64,000 nucleotides of DNA, from the NCBI GenBank assembly GCA_965649765.1, contig OZ287748.1, forward strand, positions 79,794,001 to 79,858,000, given 5' to 3'. Position numbers and translations under genes: made by a program. The stretch's first letter is position 1. Each line of letters begins with the position of its first letter. Origin of the DNA: Bispira polyomma (Eukaryota). Shown in pieces: positions 1-10,824 of this stretch. The notes under the pieces were generated by a model that was not told the DNA's origin, made no database searches, and saw only the letters and a list, made by a program, of their open reading frames with translations.

Positions 1-330
1 GGAGAGGAAAGAAAGCTGGAAATTTTACGTCCCACAACTATAATTGCAATGGTTTCCGATTGTTACGATAGGTCGGGAGCAAGGCCCGATAGATCAGGAC
101 CAATCGGAGATTTTTCTATTATGAACCAAAAATATCCTCCCGATTGACCAAGATAGGTCGTTACAACCAGTTACAACCATAAAGATAGGTCGTTGTCAAC
201 GTCGATAGGACAGTACCTTGATCCTGATAGGTCGGTGCCTCGATCCTGATTATTCGCTACCTCAATGAGATAGATCTTTCAATTATGCAATCGAGAGGCG
301 TACGGAACCTCACGATTCGCCTCCAAAAAT
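1..330. repeat. Fragment of a non-autonomous DNA-transposon-like repeat with internal GATAGGTCG-type motifs
   Basis: Repeated gataggtcg/cccgat motifs and CpG richness resemble the interior of the MITE at 39902-40478. Runs off the window edge. Confidence 0.4.
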
Positions 331-869
331 ATATATATAGGAGGAGAGCACACAAATCCAGACAGTTTTTATAAAGAACTCAAACTGGCCGCAGTGAGAC
401 CCAGCAAGTTCTATATAATTAATATGGCTCAAAATGGCCATGGTAGGATCCAGAAGCTTCTTCATTATTAATGTGCCTCAAAATGGCCCTAGTGAGACCA
501 ATTATCTTATCATATAAAATAGGTCACAAAAACAAGGTCGATTGAAATAATGTATTCTATAGGTGGCCATAGTGGTACCTGGGTATCATCACGCCCAAAT
601 ATTATTCTTCCCGTCAGCGATGATATCATTCATTCTTGTCCATTTCAGCGGCAACACCATTTGTTGTTCAGGCGAATACTAAACTCATATTCAAGCGTTG
701 TCTACCGTGTTTCACCATTAAAATAAAGTTAAAATCGTCTTTCAGGGTTTTTTTTGGTTTTTTTTTGTAAATTAAAAAAAAATCTTAATACTTATTTTTG
801 AATTAGTTACAAAAAAAATAAGATAACATGAAGTTATCATTACTGTACATTAAATACAAATCTACTGCT

Positions 870-1500
870 TTGCAGGGGCAATATCTTTCCTGCAAAGGGA
901 ACTCAATACGCTAAATGAGACAAGGAAATATTCCAAAATCATAGTCAAGGGATGTAACAGATCAGTAATCTAGGATTGTAGGTGTGGTGGAGGGAAGTTC
1001 TAGGTAGGGAAGGCAGATTTGAAGAGGTGAGTCTTAAGGTGCTTTGTAGAAGATGTTACTGAAGGACTAGGTCTGATATCAAGTGGGAGAGAGTTCCAGA
1101 AAGTAGGTGCATAGTGGCTAAAAGATTTGGTGAAATGTTTTTGGGATTTGTGTATTCTAGAGTCAAAAGAAGGGACTTGAAGGAACTTTGATTTCGGGCA
1201 GCTATGTCTTGTGTTTCTAGACGAGGTCTAAGGATGGAGTATTTTCTTGAGGTATACTGGTTGGCCATATTTTAGGACCTTACATATGGTCAACCCAATT
1301 TTGAACTGCAGCCTATGTTTAAGTAGTAGTAAATGGAGTTTTTAATCTGAATTTTAATAGTTTTAGATGGATACTAAGAACAATAAATGCTATTTTGTTT
1401 AATATTCTGTTGATAATTTTTACTTCTTTTTTTAGATATATGGTTAATGATAGCATATTATATATTCTGTTGGCATCAACAAAGAATTGATTGTGAGAAA
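870..1500 (-). mobile_element. Decayed L2/CR1-group LINE 3' fragment
   Basis: Minus strand reads SFSHYAPTFWNSLPLDIR...KHLKTHLF, the typical C-terminus of an L2 ORF2. Broken by indels. Confidence 0.7.
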
Positions 1501-2512
1501 GCATTTCCTGTTTAGTTAAGTGTTCAATTCAGTTGCACACAAAATGTAATAATACAACGTTAACTCTGTCTTGCCATCATATTTCTCAAAGCGACAGCTT
1601 CCACCTTTTTGCCAGTTACAAAGGGGAAAAAGGAACATAGAACATATAGTACTGCTACACACAATACAATATTGTTATAAACATTACCCTCAGAATTATT
1701 TTGTGCTATATTTGTTTAAAGTAGGTAGTCTAATTAAAGAAGATTTCGAAATATTATCGTTGTACAAATATGTATAAATAGAGATTTTATTTAAGTTTTA
1801 GATAATCAATAGCCACGTTCGACTGGTATAAAAGATACTTTTCTTATTTAATCTGAAAGAAAGATAAGTATCTCTCACTGTTTGTCTGGTCAATATTTAA
1901 AAAAAGATAAGTATCAAAGTTATATACATATCTCGCTGGTTAACTTTCTAAGTAAATCATGTGACTGCCTTGCAAATATAAGGTTCTAATAGGTTTCAGT
2001 AGAAAGCACTCTGAAGTCTGGACTTCCATAAAAGGATATTTAGTTGTTTTCGACGTCAACCACCATGCGTTACGCTTTATATAATAATGAAAATTTAATC
2101 AAATATTACCTTATCCCCACAAATATTTGCTTGAATGAATATCTTATATGGACCTTTAATTTGACATATAGGTTAGGATTCCTGAAGTTATTGTTTTTTT
2201 ATGTAAAATATTGCTATATCGCCCACTAGGCATGTGGTAAACCACAAATATTTCTTTTGACCATTTCCATTGGTCTTCGGGAGTAGATATTTATTTTTCC
2301 TGTGCAACTGGTACCATAATAGTTAAGTATCTCTGTTAATGCGCCTGTGGGCGGAGTTCACAGATAAGTATCTGAAACGCTACCAGTAGAACAGCCTAAT
2401 TAACACCAACAGGCCTGCCTTGTAGTACTCTTGGTTTATGACAATATACAGATGATGACTTCCTTTGAGTTTGACATTGTCTGACACAGAATATAGAGAC
2501 TAGTTGATTGTA

Positions 2513-2567
2513 CTAGTCATCTATATTGTAACTAATTAATACTTCTTTTCTTTCTGGAACATACTTT
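2513..2567 (-). pseudogene. DCTD: Orphan terminal coding exon of a dCMP deaminase duplicate (intact: [R]KYVPERKEVLISYNIDD*)
   Basis: ttactttacag acceptor; paralogous to 12301-12355, with flanks 2480-2800 matching 12265-12735. Resembles the DCTD C-terminus RKFIP..KIVI. Confidence 0.75.
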
Positions 2568-3585
2568 CTGTAAAGTAATAACAGAAAATTGTTTCATTAA
2601 GTAGACATTAAATTTAAACCCAAAAAGTTAGCAGTCCAACTCCACAAAAATGTAATTTTTGCGATATGTTTAAATATCATTTTTTAATATTTTACTGGAA
2701 TTTAATTGTTGCTGGCCATTTTTTTTCATTAAAAATTGTTTTTACTTTAAAGTTTGTTTTAGAATTGTATTAGCAGTGTTATTAATAAAAATAATATTCC
2801 CAGGGACATTTGCGTTCTAATAGGATGGCTTTGTTTTTGAGGAGCAGCTAATTGTTTACTTTTAAGTGTTTTAAGGCAAAATGTGAAGATTAAATTTGTT
2901 GTGTATGGAGAGATAAAAGTATGTAGATACTGATGATAATAAAACTGGAGAAAAAAGGATATATTAAAGCTATAATATTTAATGAAAGTTTTTTGAACAA
3001 TATCACTAAAAAATATGGTGTACTAAAAAATTAAAGAATACTGTGGCTGAAAAAGTGGGCCTTGGTGCTGAATTAATTAAAAAGAAGTACATGTAGGTTA
3101 CTGACAGAATTCTTGTATAAACACTAGGAAAGTCTTTGGAAGCAGACCACAGAGAACAATTAGAAAATACATGTGTGAAGTGGTGAACTAATTAAAGTAA
3201 GGTGTTACATAGTATTAACACTTTAAATAGGAATAAAAGTTCTGTTTGAATGAACAAAAAAACAGATTTCTTTGAACATGTATGTATTTGGAAATGCATG
3301 TGGGACCAAGACAGAATTATAGAATATACACTAAAAGGAACAGCCTGCAAAACAGGCCAGAGAACAATAGAAAGTACAAGACTAGTGTGAAGTGGAGAAC
3401 TAATTATAGTTGGGAAAGAACTTTTCAAATAAGAGGAAAATAAAATTTGTGTTTAAACTAACAAAATATCCAAAGAGATTTAAAAATATAGATATTTTGC
3501 CCATTTCATATTTATTTATTTGCTATAAAAGCAGTTCTGATAAAAACCTATTTGGGAAAATATAATATCAGGATTATAAAAGACA

Positions 3586-4791
3586 ATGAATACACCAAAG
3601 AGACCTAAGGCAGACATGTCGTTCTCTCCTGAACAATTACTGCCCAGCAAGGAATATTTTAAAGAACTGTTTAGGGAAGTCTTAGATGAAAAATTTAAAG
3701 AGTACCTGAAGCCTATAAATAAGGATATTAGTGATTTACAATCTGGACTGAAAACTATGAAAGATGAGCAAGCAATAGTTGTGAAAGAATTACAGGATGA
3801 AAATGTCAAGTTGCAACAGCATATAAAAAGATTAGAAATGTTTCAGAGAAAGAATAACCTGAGGCTTTTTGATGTTCCTGAGGAGAAAAATGAAAACCTT
3901 GAAGAGAAAATAATTAACTTGTGCAACAAATATTTGCATCCTTCATGTGCCTTGAATAGTCGTTCATTCGAAAGGATACACAGGACTGGACCACTTATAA
4001 AGGACAGGAGCAGAACAGTGATAGCAAGACTGTCTCATTTCAAAGACAAGATTAATATTGTAAAACTGCGAAAGCAACTGATTGATGTTGAACATATCAA
4101 TGTTGCAGACGACTTCTCACCACAAGTAGAAAAACAACGTAAATTACTGTATCCAGTGATGACTGCTGTTAGGTCAAAACTTGGAAAAGAAGATAGATCA
4201 AAAATTTTCTTGAAAGAAGACCAGTTGATATTTAAAGGGTTATCATACCGTGTAGAAGACTTGCACAGATTACCTGAGGAGCTGAATATCCAGAAACTGT
4301 TCACTCCAAGAAAGAACAACATTACAGCTTTCTTCACAAGACACAGCATGTTGTCGAATCATCATCCCTGCAACTTTATGGTAAACGGAACACGCTACAC
4401 AAGTATGGAAAAGTTTTTGTTCACTTCTCTTGCTAGGTTGTTCCAAGATAAGGAGTTAGTGCAAAGGATTAGCAACGAAAATGACCCAGTGGAAATTAAG
4501 AAAATGGGAAAAAGAATGAAGAACTTCGACAAGTCTGTGTGGCACACAAACATTGAAAATATTCTGCACCAAGGACTGGCAGAAAAATTTTCACAAAATC
4601 CTTTATTGGCATCTGGACTACTGGCAACTGAGGATAGCATCATTGTGGAAGCAAACAAGTTTGACAGTGTTTTTGGGATTGGGCTTGCTTTGGGTGATCA
4701 AAATGTATGGAATCAAGACAAATGGCGTGGGGACAATCTAATGGGGAAAAGTTTGATGAAAGTGAGGGACCTGCTGAAACAAGGAAAGTAA
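3586..4791 (+). CDS. LINE ORF1p: coiled coil + L1-type RRM/CTD + C-terminal NADAR (YbiA-like) domain
   Basis: L1 ORF1 motifs RKNNLRLFDVPE, ERIHRTG, VIARL, ADDFS..V...R. NADAR motifs in aa ~247-398: FF..S.LSN.HP, SME, KFSQN, LLAT, IVEA...D..FGIG, GDNLMGKSLMKVR. Confidence 0.93.
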   Translation: MNTPKRPKADMSFSPEQLLPSKEYFKELFREVLDEKFKEYLKPINKDISDLQSGLKTMKDEQAIVVKELQDENVKLQQHIKRLEMFQRKNNLRLFDVPEEKNENLEEKIINLCNKYLHPSCALNSRSFERIHRTGPLIKDRSRTVIARLSHFKDKINIVKLRKQLIDVEHINVADDFSPQVEKQRKLLYPVMTAVRSKLGKEDRSKIFLKEDQLIFKGLSYRVEDLHRLPEELNIQKLFTPRKNNITAFFTRHSMLSNHHPCNFMVNGTRYTSMEKFLFTSLARLFQDKELVQRISNENDPVEIKKMGKRMKNFDKSVWHTNIENILHQGLAEKFSQNPLLASGLLATEDSIIVEANKFDSVFGIGLALGDQNVWNQDKWRGDNLMGKSLMKVRDLLKQGK

Positions 4792-5324
4792 CTCTTTAAG
4801 ACACTATAATAGTATTTGTTGTAACATATTTCTAATATTTATATAAATATCAGACACTAAAATAATAATTTTTGTGACATATTTCAAAGATTTATAGATA
4901 ACAGTAATATTATGCGTGCAAAAGATTCACAAAAAAGACATCAAAAATTATTGATATAATAGATTTTAATATATCTTTGATGCTAAAACAAAAGACTGAG
5001 TAGATATTATTTAAAAGTGTTGACATATTGAAAATGAGTAGCTTAATAGACATATCACTGAAAGGCACTTTATAATGCAGGTATGCAAAATTTAAAATAG
5101 ACATGTATGTGTAAGTATTTAATTTCCAATTGTTGATACACGTAAGTATTTAATCTAAAACCAACGACTCATTTAAAAAAAAAAAAAAAAAAAAAAAAAA
5201 TTTGGAATAAAAGTAGATGCACTATTGACATGTCTATTATACAAGTTACTTAATTCAAAATAAAACGATACATGTATGAGTATGTAATGCAAAACTAATC
5301 ACAAAATCCCTGTTTGCGTAGAGA

Positions 5325-5396
<72 letters not shown>

Positions 5397-5928
5397 TAAT
5401 AATATTTTGTATATAGTTATAAAGCAAAACCTAATTCAAAACAAACCGATACATGTATGTTTGCTTGAATGTGTTATGTAAAACTAATGATACACTAAAA
5501 TCCCTGTTTGGAGATTTTGACTCACAATAGAAGCTGTATTTAAACATAGAGACAATACTATTTAAGGTTATCACCATAAGAGTAAAAGGTTTCGTTTAAA
5601 ATATTTGTACTGGGCACAGTAACTATCTTGAAACATATCTCATCCCAGTTTTGGATAGAATGGACAGGTGAAGGGGTACTATTACCCTCTATTATTTTAA
5701 ATTGGTTATTTCATTAAGAAAACAAAAAATATTGATGCCTATAAAACACTTTGTTTCTGAAACTATGAAGTTGCCTTTTGTGTTTAGTGTTTATCTGTGT
5801 ATATTATGTGTTTTATGTGTGGTAAACCTTGATATTATGATCCATTGTAATAAGTTAAAATGTGTCACAGTTTCTGGAACCAAAACTCTGCCTACTCAGA
5901 TGAAGATAGATACAGATAACTTTTATAG

Positions 5929-6864
5929 ATGAATATACCAAAAGATTCCATATGTATCAACTCTTTCAATTGTAGAGGACTAAGAGAAAACAAAAAGAGA
6001 AATACTGTCTTTAATTGGCTGAAATCAAAACATTTTGGGGTAACAATGTTGCAGGAAACGCATTCATTGGAAGCTGACGAAATAAAATGGGCAAAGCAAT
6101 GGGATGGGGAAATTTACTTTTCACATGGTACTAATCAAAGTAAAGGTGTAGCTATATTGATACCGAAAAATCTGATAGAAAAGATAAAGATTGCTAAAAT
6201 TGAAAGAGATCAACTAGGTAGGGTTATTATTATACATTGTGAAATCCAAAGTAACCATTTAACGCTTGTAAATGTGTATGCACCTACGAAAGATAAATCT
6301 GGTTTGCAACTCGAATTTTTACATAATTTAAAGGAAATGCTTGAGGAGAAGAGTGACACAAATATAATCATCGGGGGAGATTTTAATACTTATTTAAACT
6401 TTAACTTAGATAAAAGAGGAGGTCAAACAGAAACTGAATCAGAATATTCTAAACAATTGTCTATGTTTGCGGAAGAACTTAGTTTAACTGACATCTGGAG
6501 AATTAGAAACCCAACAGAATTAAAATTCACAAGAAGAGAAAACTCAAGATCTGGTTTGGTGCAATCAAGACTTGACTACTTTTTAACCTCTAGTCAAATA
6601 AATTATCAGATCTCAGATTGCTCTATTAAACCGGGTTTTAAATCAGACCACAGCCTTGTCAAACTAAAGCTACAGCTTATTCATACTCAGCCGAGAGGTA
6701 AAAGTTATTGGAAGTTTAACAATAGTTTATTACGCGATAGCACCTATGCAAGCTTGGTAAAACAAGAATTGCAAGATATATCTGGTAATGAATACTTAAA
6801 AAATAAAAACACTCTGTGGGATTTTGCAAAATGCCAAATACGCAGTAACTTTATCTTACTGTAA
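5929..6864 (+). CDS. LINE ORF2 N-terminal part: APE-type endonuclease (frameshifted near 6845)
   Basis: SFNCRGL, LQETH, NVYAP, GGDFN, SRLDYF and SDH motifs, followed by the WKFNNSLL linker. Confidence 0.93.
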   Translation: MNIPKDSICINSFNCRGLRENKKRNTVFNWLKSKHFGVTMLQETHSLEADEIKWAKQWDGEIYFSHGTNQSKGVAILIPKNLIEKIKIAKIERDQLGRVIIIHCEIQSNHLTLVNVYAPTKDKSGLQLEFLHNLKEMLEEKSDTNIIIGGDFNTYLNFNLDKRGGQTETESEYSKQLSMFAEELSLTDIWRIRNPTELKFTRRENSRSGLVQSRLDYFLTSSQINYQISDCSIKPGFKSDHSLVKLKLQLIHTQPRGKSYWKFNNSLLRDSTYASLVKQELQDISGNEYLKNKNTLWDFAKCQIRSNFILL

Positions 6865-9718
6865 ATCACTTTCTAGAAAAAATAGAGAAAAAGAAAACAA
6901 CTTGTTCAAAAATATAGAAATACTAGAGAGGGAAATATTAGAAGATAAAGAAAAACTCCAGGAATATTATAAAGTGAAAGGGGAATGGGAAGAAATTCAA
7001 ACTGAGAAAGCTGAAGGTGTAATGTTAAGGTCAAAGGCACAATGGGTGGAAAAGGGTGAAAAAAATACCAAATATTTTCTAAATTTAGAAAGAAGAAACT
7101 ATAACACAAAATATATAAAGAAATTATTAACAAGTAACTCAACTGAGTTGACAAAACCAGACGACATTTTAGCAGAAGAAAAATCCTATTATCACAACCT
7201 TTACTCAACTCGGGTGAATGATGAACAAGGACTATACAAAGAATTTTTAGACAGTACACCAAGACTAAATGATATTGATAAACAGATTTGTGATGCTCCT
7301 TTAAAGCTTGAAGAAATTTCAAAGGCTCTAAAGCAATTAAAAAATGACAAAACTCCAGGTAGTGATGGCTTTACCACAAACTTTTATAAATTTTTTTGGC
7401 CTGATATCAAACTTTTATTATTTGACAGCTTTAAGTATTCTTTTGAACACAAACTTTTATCAAATGATCAGCGAAGAGGCATACTTAATCTAATACCCAA
7501 AGCTAATAAAGATCTGCGCTATTTGCGAAATTGGAGACCGGTAAGCATTTTGAACACAGATTATAAGATATTGACTAAATCATTAGCAAATAGAATGCAA
7601 CTGGTGTTACCTAGATTAGTTCAAAATGACCAAGTAGGTTATATCAAAGACAGATATATTGGTGAAAATGTTAGAATTATTGAAGATATTATGTCATCTA
7701 CAAATCTGAGACACATTCCAGGATATATAGTACTTATTGATTTTGAAAAAGCTTTTGACAGTGTGGAATGGTCATTTTTGTTTAAGACACTAAAGACATT
7801 CAATTTTGGACCAAGTTTTCTCCAGTGGACTGAAATATTTTACAAAAAGATTCAATCTTGTGTCACAAATAATGGGTATCTTTCAGAATATTTTGAACTG
7901 AGCAGAAGCATAAGACAAGGATGTCCTTTGTCTGCACTTCTTTTTATTTTGGTAGCAGAAGTTATGGCAATCAAGATCAGAAAGAATGAAAACATAAAAG
8001 GAATTACTGTTGAAAAAAAGGAATACAAAATTTGCCAATTAGCAGACGATACCACCTTGTTTTTGAGTAATATTGACTCTCTTGTTCAATTGATATCGGT
8101 GCTTGTGAAATTTCAAAATTGCTCAGGTTTAAAGATAAATCTAGAGAAATCTGAAGTAATTCCAATTGGAACATGCAAATTTAAAGATATAAAGTTACCT
8201 AAAGCAATAAGTAAAATACACATCAATAAAAATGCTTTTAAAACATTGGGTATTTGGTTTTCATATAATTTAAATGAATCAACCCATCTGAATTATGAGA
8301 ATAAATTAAAAACTATGGAATCTATAATAAATATTTGGCATAGCAGAAACCTTTCTTTGAAGGGAAAAATATTAATCATGAAATCGTTAATCCTTCCACA
8401 AGTGAATTATGTGTTATCTGTGACTTATAGTCCCCTAAATATATTACAGAAAATAGACAAATTGTTATTAAACTTTCTCTGGGGAAATAAACCCCCAAAG
8501 ATAAAAAGAAGTGTCATAATAGGAAATTACTCTGAGGGCGGCCTTAAAATGCCCGATATTTTTACTATACATACAATATCAAAAATAAAATGGATAAAAA
8601 AATTGATAACCGAAAACAAAGAAAGAAATTGGCAACCTTTATTTCTGTATCTTTTCAATATAAAAATGAACAGACTGAAAAAGAAATTACCTCATGATCT
8701 AAGAAATAAATGCCTCACCAGCTTTCACAAACAGCTTTTTGACTGTTGGGAAACATTTCATGGTGTCACACCAGGAACAGTTGAGGAAATATACAATGAA
8801 TTCATCTTTGACAACAAGTTCATTTGTTCAGGAAAAAAACCGTTAGAAGTAAAGGATTTTAAACTACCAAAAGGCAATTTTGAAGATTTATTGGTGAAAG
8901 ATTTAGTATCAAAAGCAGGTCCCTTTATAACACTAGCGGAATTTAATGCCAAATATAAAGTTGCTCTTGACAGACTGAGCTATAACAAGGTCATTACATC
9001 TATACCTCAAACTTGGAAAAGTAAAATTAAAGGAAAACAAATATCTACAAACTTGGCTATAATCAAGGCCATAGCAATCACTGTGAGGGGAAGATTATCA
9101 GAATTTTCAAAAGTCAATAATAAAGCACTTTATTGGATTGCCACAGGTACAAAGATACAAGAACCAAAAGCAGTGGAAAAATGGATAGAGTCATATCCTT
9201 TTCTAGAAAGTGCTCCATGGCACAATATTTTTAAAGCGATTCATGTAATATCTAATGAGCCTTATCTTCACTCTTTTCAGTATAAAATTGTAAACAGGAT
9301 TCTCAATTGTAATAACAATTTACATAAGTGGAAAATCAAAGAATCTGCAGCTTGTTTATACTGTGATCAAATAGACACTTTGGAACATCATTTATTTTTC
9401 TGTAGGCATAGTAAAAATTTCTGGGATAAGTTTCAAGCATGGCTCTATAATATTTTAGTAATGAATAATGAAGCTGATTTAACAATATGTGAAGTTTTAT
9501 TTGGTTTCGAGATGGATAAAAATAAAAATATTTCTTTTAATTATTGTAAAAATCTTTTAATTTTACTGAGTAAATGGTACATAAATATAAGAAGGACTGA
9601 AAATAAACCTTTAGTTTTTGATGAATATCTAGGGATTATAAAATCCAAAATCATAACCTATTTAAGTGCAATCAATGAGATAAAAGCAGATGAAAGAGTT
9701 GATACAGGCAATCAATGA
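6824..9718 (+). CDS. LINE ORF2 remainder: reverse transcriptase + C-terminal CCHC zinc knuckle
   Basis: KTPGSDG, NWRPVSILN, DFEKAFD, RQGCPLS, QLADD, CLYC..DTLEHHLFFC. The true end is probably 9788, since a 40-bp duplication truncates the frame. Confidence 0.93.
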   Translation: MQNAKYAVTLSYCKSLSRKNREKENNLFKNIEILEREILEDKEKLQEYYKVKGEWEEIQTEKAEGVMLRSKAQWVEKGEKNTKYFLNLERRNYNTKYIKKLLTSNSTELTKPDDILAEEKSYYHNLYSTRVNDEQGLYKEFLDSTPRLNDIDKQICDAPLKLEEISKALKQLKNDKTPGSDGFTTNFYKFFWPDIKLLLFDSFKYSFEHKLLSNDQRRGILNLIPKANKDLRYLRNWRPVSILNTDYKILTKSLANRMQLVLPRLVQNDQVGYIKDRYIGENVRIIEDIMSSTNLRHIPGYIVLIDFEKAFDSVEWSFLFKTLKTFNFGPSFLQWTEIFYKKIQSCVTNNGYLSEYFELSRSIRQGCPLSALLFILVAEVMAIKIRKNENIKGITVEKKEYKICQLADDTTLFLSNIDSLVQLISVLVKFQNCSGLKINLEKSEVIPIGTCKFKDIKLPKAISKIHINKNAFKTLGIWFSYNLNESTHLNYENKLKTMESIINIWHSRNLSLKGKILIMKSLILPQVNYVLSVTYSPLNILQKIDKLLLNFLWGNKPPKIKRSVIIGNYSEGGLKMPDIFTIHTISKIKWIKKLITENKERNWQPLFLYLFNIKMNRLKKKLPHDLRNKCLTSFHKQLFDCWETFHGVTPGTVEEIYNEFIFDNKFICSGKKPLEVKDFKLPKGNFEDLLVKDLVSKAGPFITLAEFNAKYKVALDRLSYNKVITSIPQTWKSKIKGKQISTNLAIIKAIAITVRGRLSEFSKVNNKALYWIATGTKIQEPKAVEKWIESYPFLESAPWHNIFKAIHVISNEPYLHSFQYKIVNRILNCNNNLHKWKIKESAACLYCDQIDTLEHHLFFCRHSKNFWDKFQAWLYNILVMNNEADLTICEVLFGFEMDKNKNISFNYCKNLLILLSKWYINIRRTENKPLVFDEYLGIIKSKIITYLSAINEIKADERVDTGNQ

Positions 9719-10011
9719 GATAAAAGCAGATGAAAGAGTTGATACAGGCATCAAAAATATATTTAATTTGATTTTGAGACATTTGTAGACAGATTCTTGG
9801 TTCCAGAAATAGTAGATATATGATAATAGTAGATAGGTTTTACCACCCACTGTTAATGTGTTGTGTATTTGTTGTGTATTTGTGACTGTACTGTTGTGTC
9901 TTGTGTAACCTTTGTTTTGTGTATTGTTATGTATCACATTATTCTGCTGTTCCTGTCGTAAATAACATTATAGAAAATAAAAATATTTAAAAACAAAAAA
10001 ACATCCCCAGT

Positions 10012-10050
<39 letters not shown>

Positions 10051-10081
10051 AAAATAATATTCTGCTTTTACAGATTAAATT

Positions 10082-10335
10082 GGGGCCGCGGTGGCCTAGT
10101 GGTTAGCAAGCATTGCGCTTCACAATCACTGGTCTCTCACCTCTGGGCGGCGTGAGTTCGAATCCCGTCGATGCCTATGTGGGAAAGGTGGTAGTTCCTT
10201 ACTGTGGGCCGCTGGTGTCAGTGCAGAACCTTGACCGACTGTATGCAGTGTTTCCTCCAGCGTTTCCAACTACTCGTCCCAATATAACCTACTAAAAGGT
10301 ACTGGAGTGGTCGTTAAATATCCAAATTCAAATTC
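10082..10335 (+). mobile_element. tRNA-derived SINE (copy 1)
   Basis: A box TGGCCTAGTGG, B box GTTCGAATCC, (CAAATT)n tail; near-identical to 53211-53466. Confidence 0.9.
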
Positions 10336-10336
10336 T

Positions 10337-10485
10337 CTACAGTAACTCTTGATGAAGTCAGAAAAATTATACTTACACCCGTAAAATCTTGCTTGTTAGA
10401 TCTGTGGCCTACATTTCCTGTTTAGGAATGTATAGACATTTTATTGCCCTCAATCACCAAACTTATTAACCTCTCTTTTTTGAAT
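10337..10485 (+). mobile_element. L2/CR1 RT fragment
   Basis: Reads VTLDEVRKII..VKSCLLD..ECIDILLPSITKLINLS, the L2 RT N-terminal motif. Confidence 0.65.
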
Positions 10486-10824
10486 GTAAACTTATCTTGC
10501 CCATTTATTGCAGCTACCTAACAGACACTATGTGAACTAGTACCATTGTAACTAGCATTACGAAACATACCCCCCCCCCCCCCCACACACACACACTCAT
10601 ACTAGTATGAACTATGTCATTGGTGCAATAATCATAATAACCTCATGGCTTGCAACATTGACCATTCATGTATATTGAATCATAACGTTCTGCACATATA
10701 GTAAAGTCATAACATAACTAAATAATAATGTCACCCAATTACATTTTGGTAGCTTCCTTGTCTTCTTGTTATATCCTCCTTGTCGCTTGCCTGTCTGTAT
10801 GATGTGGCATTAAGTTTAGCATGG

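Larger units (their letters stand above)
2800..10046 (+). mobile_element. Full-length Tx1/L1-clade non-LTR retrotransposon with NADAR-fused ORF1
   Basis: 16-bp TSD AATAAAAATAATATTC at 2784-2799 and 10047-10062; ORF1 and ORF2; AATAAA at 9976; poly(A) from 10013; empty paralogous site at about 12721-12753. Confidence 0.95.

Noticed and set aside
4324-4791. Bacterial contamination as the source of the NADAR domain
   Set aside because: The domain is fused in frame to ORF1 within a TSD-flanked LINE embedded in spliceosomal-intron DNA of similar composition.
10082-10170. Functional tRNA gene
   Set aside because: The A/B boxes continue into a SINE body and tail, and the second copy has a TSD; no proper cloverleaf.
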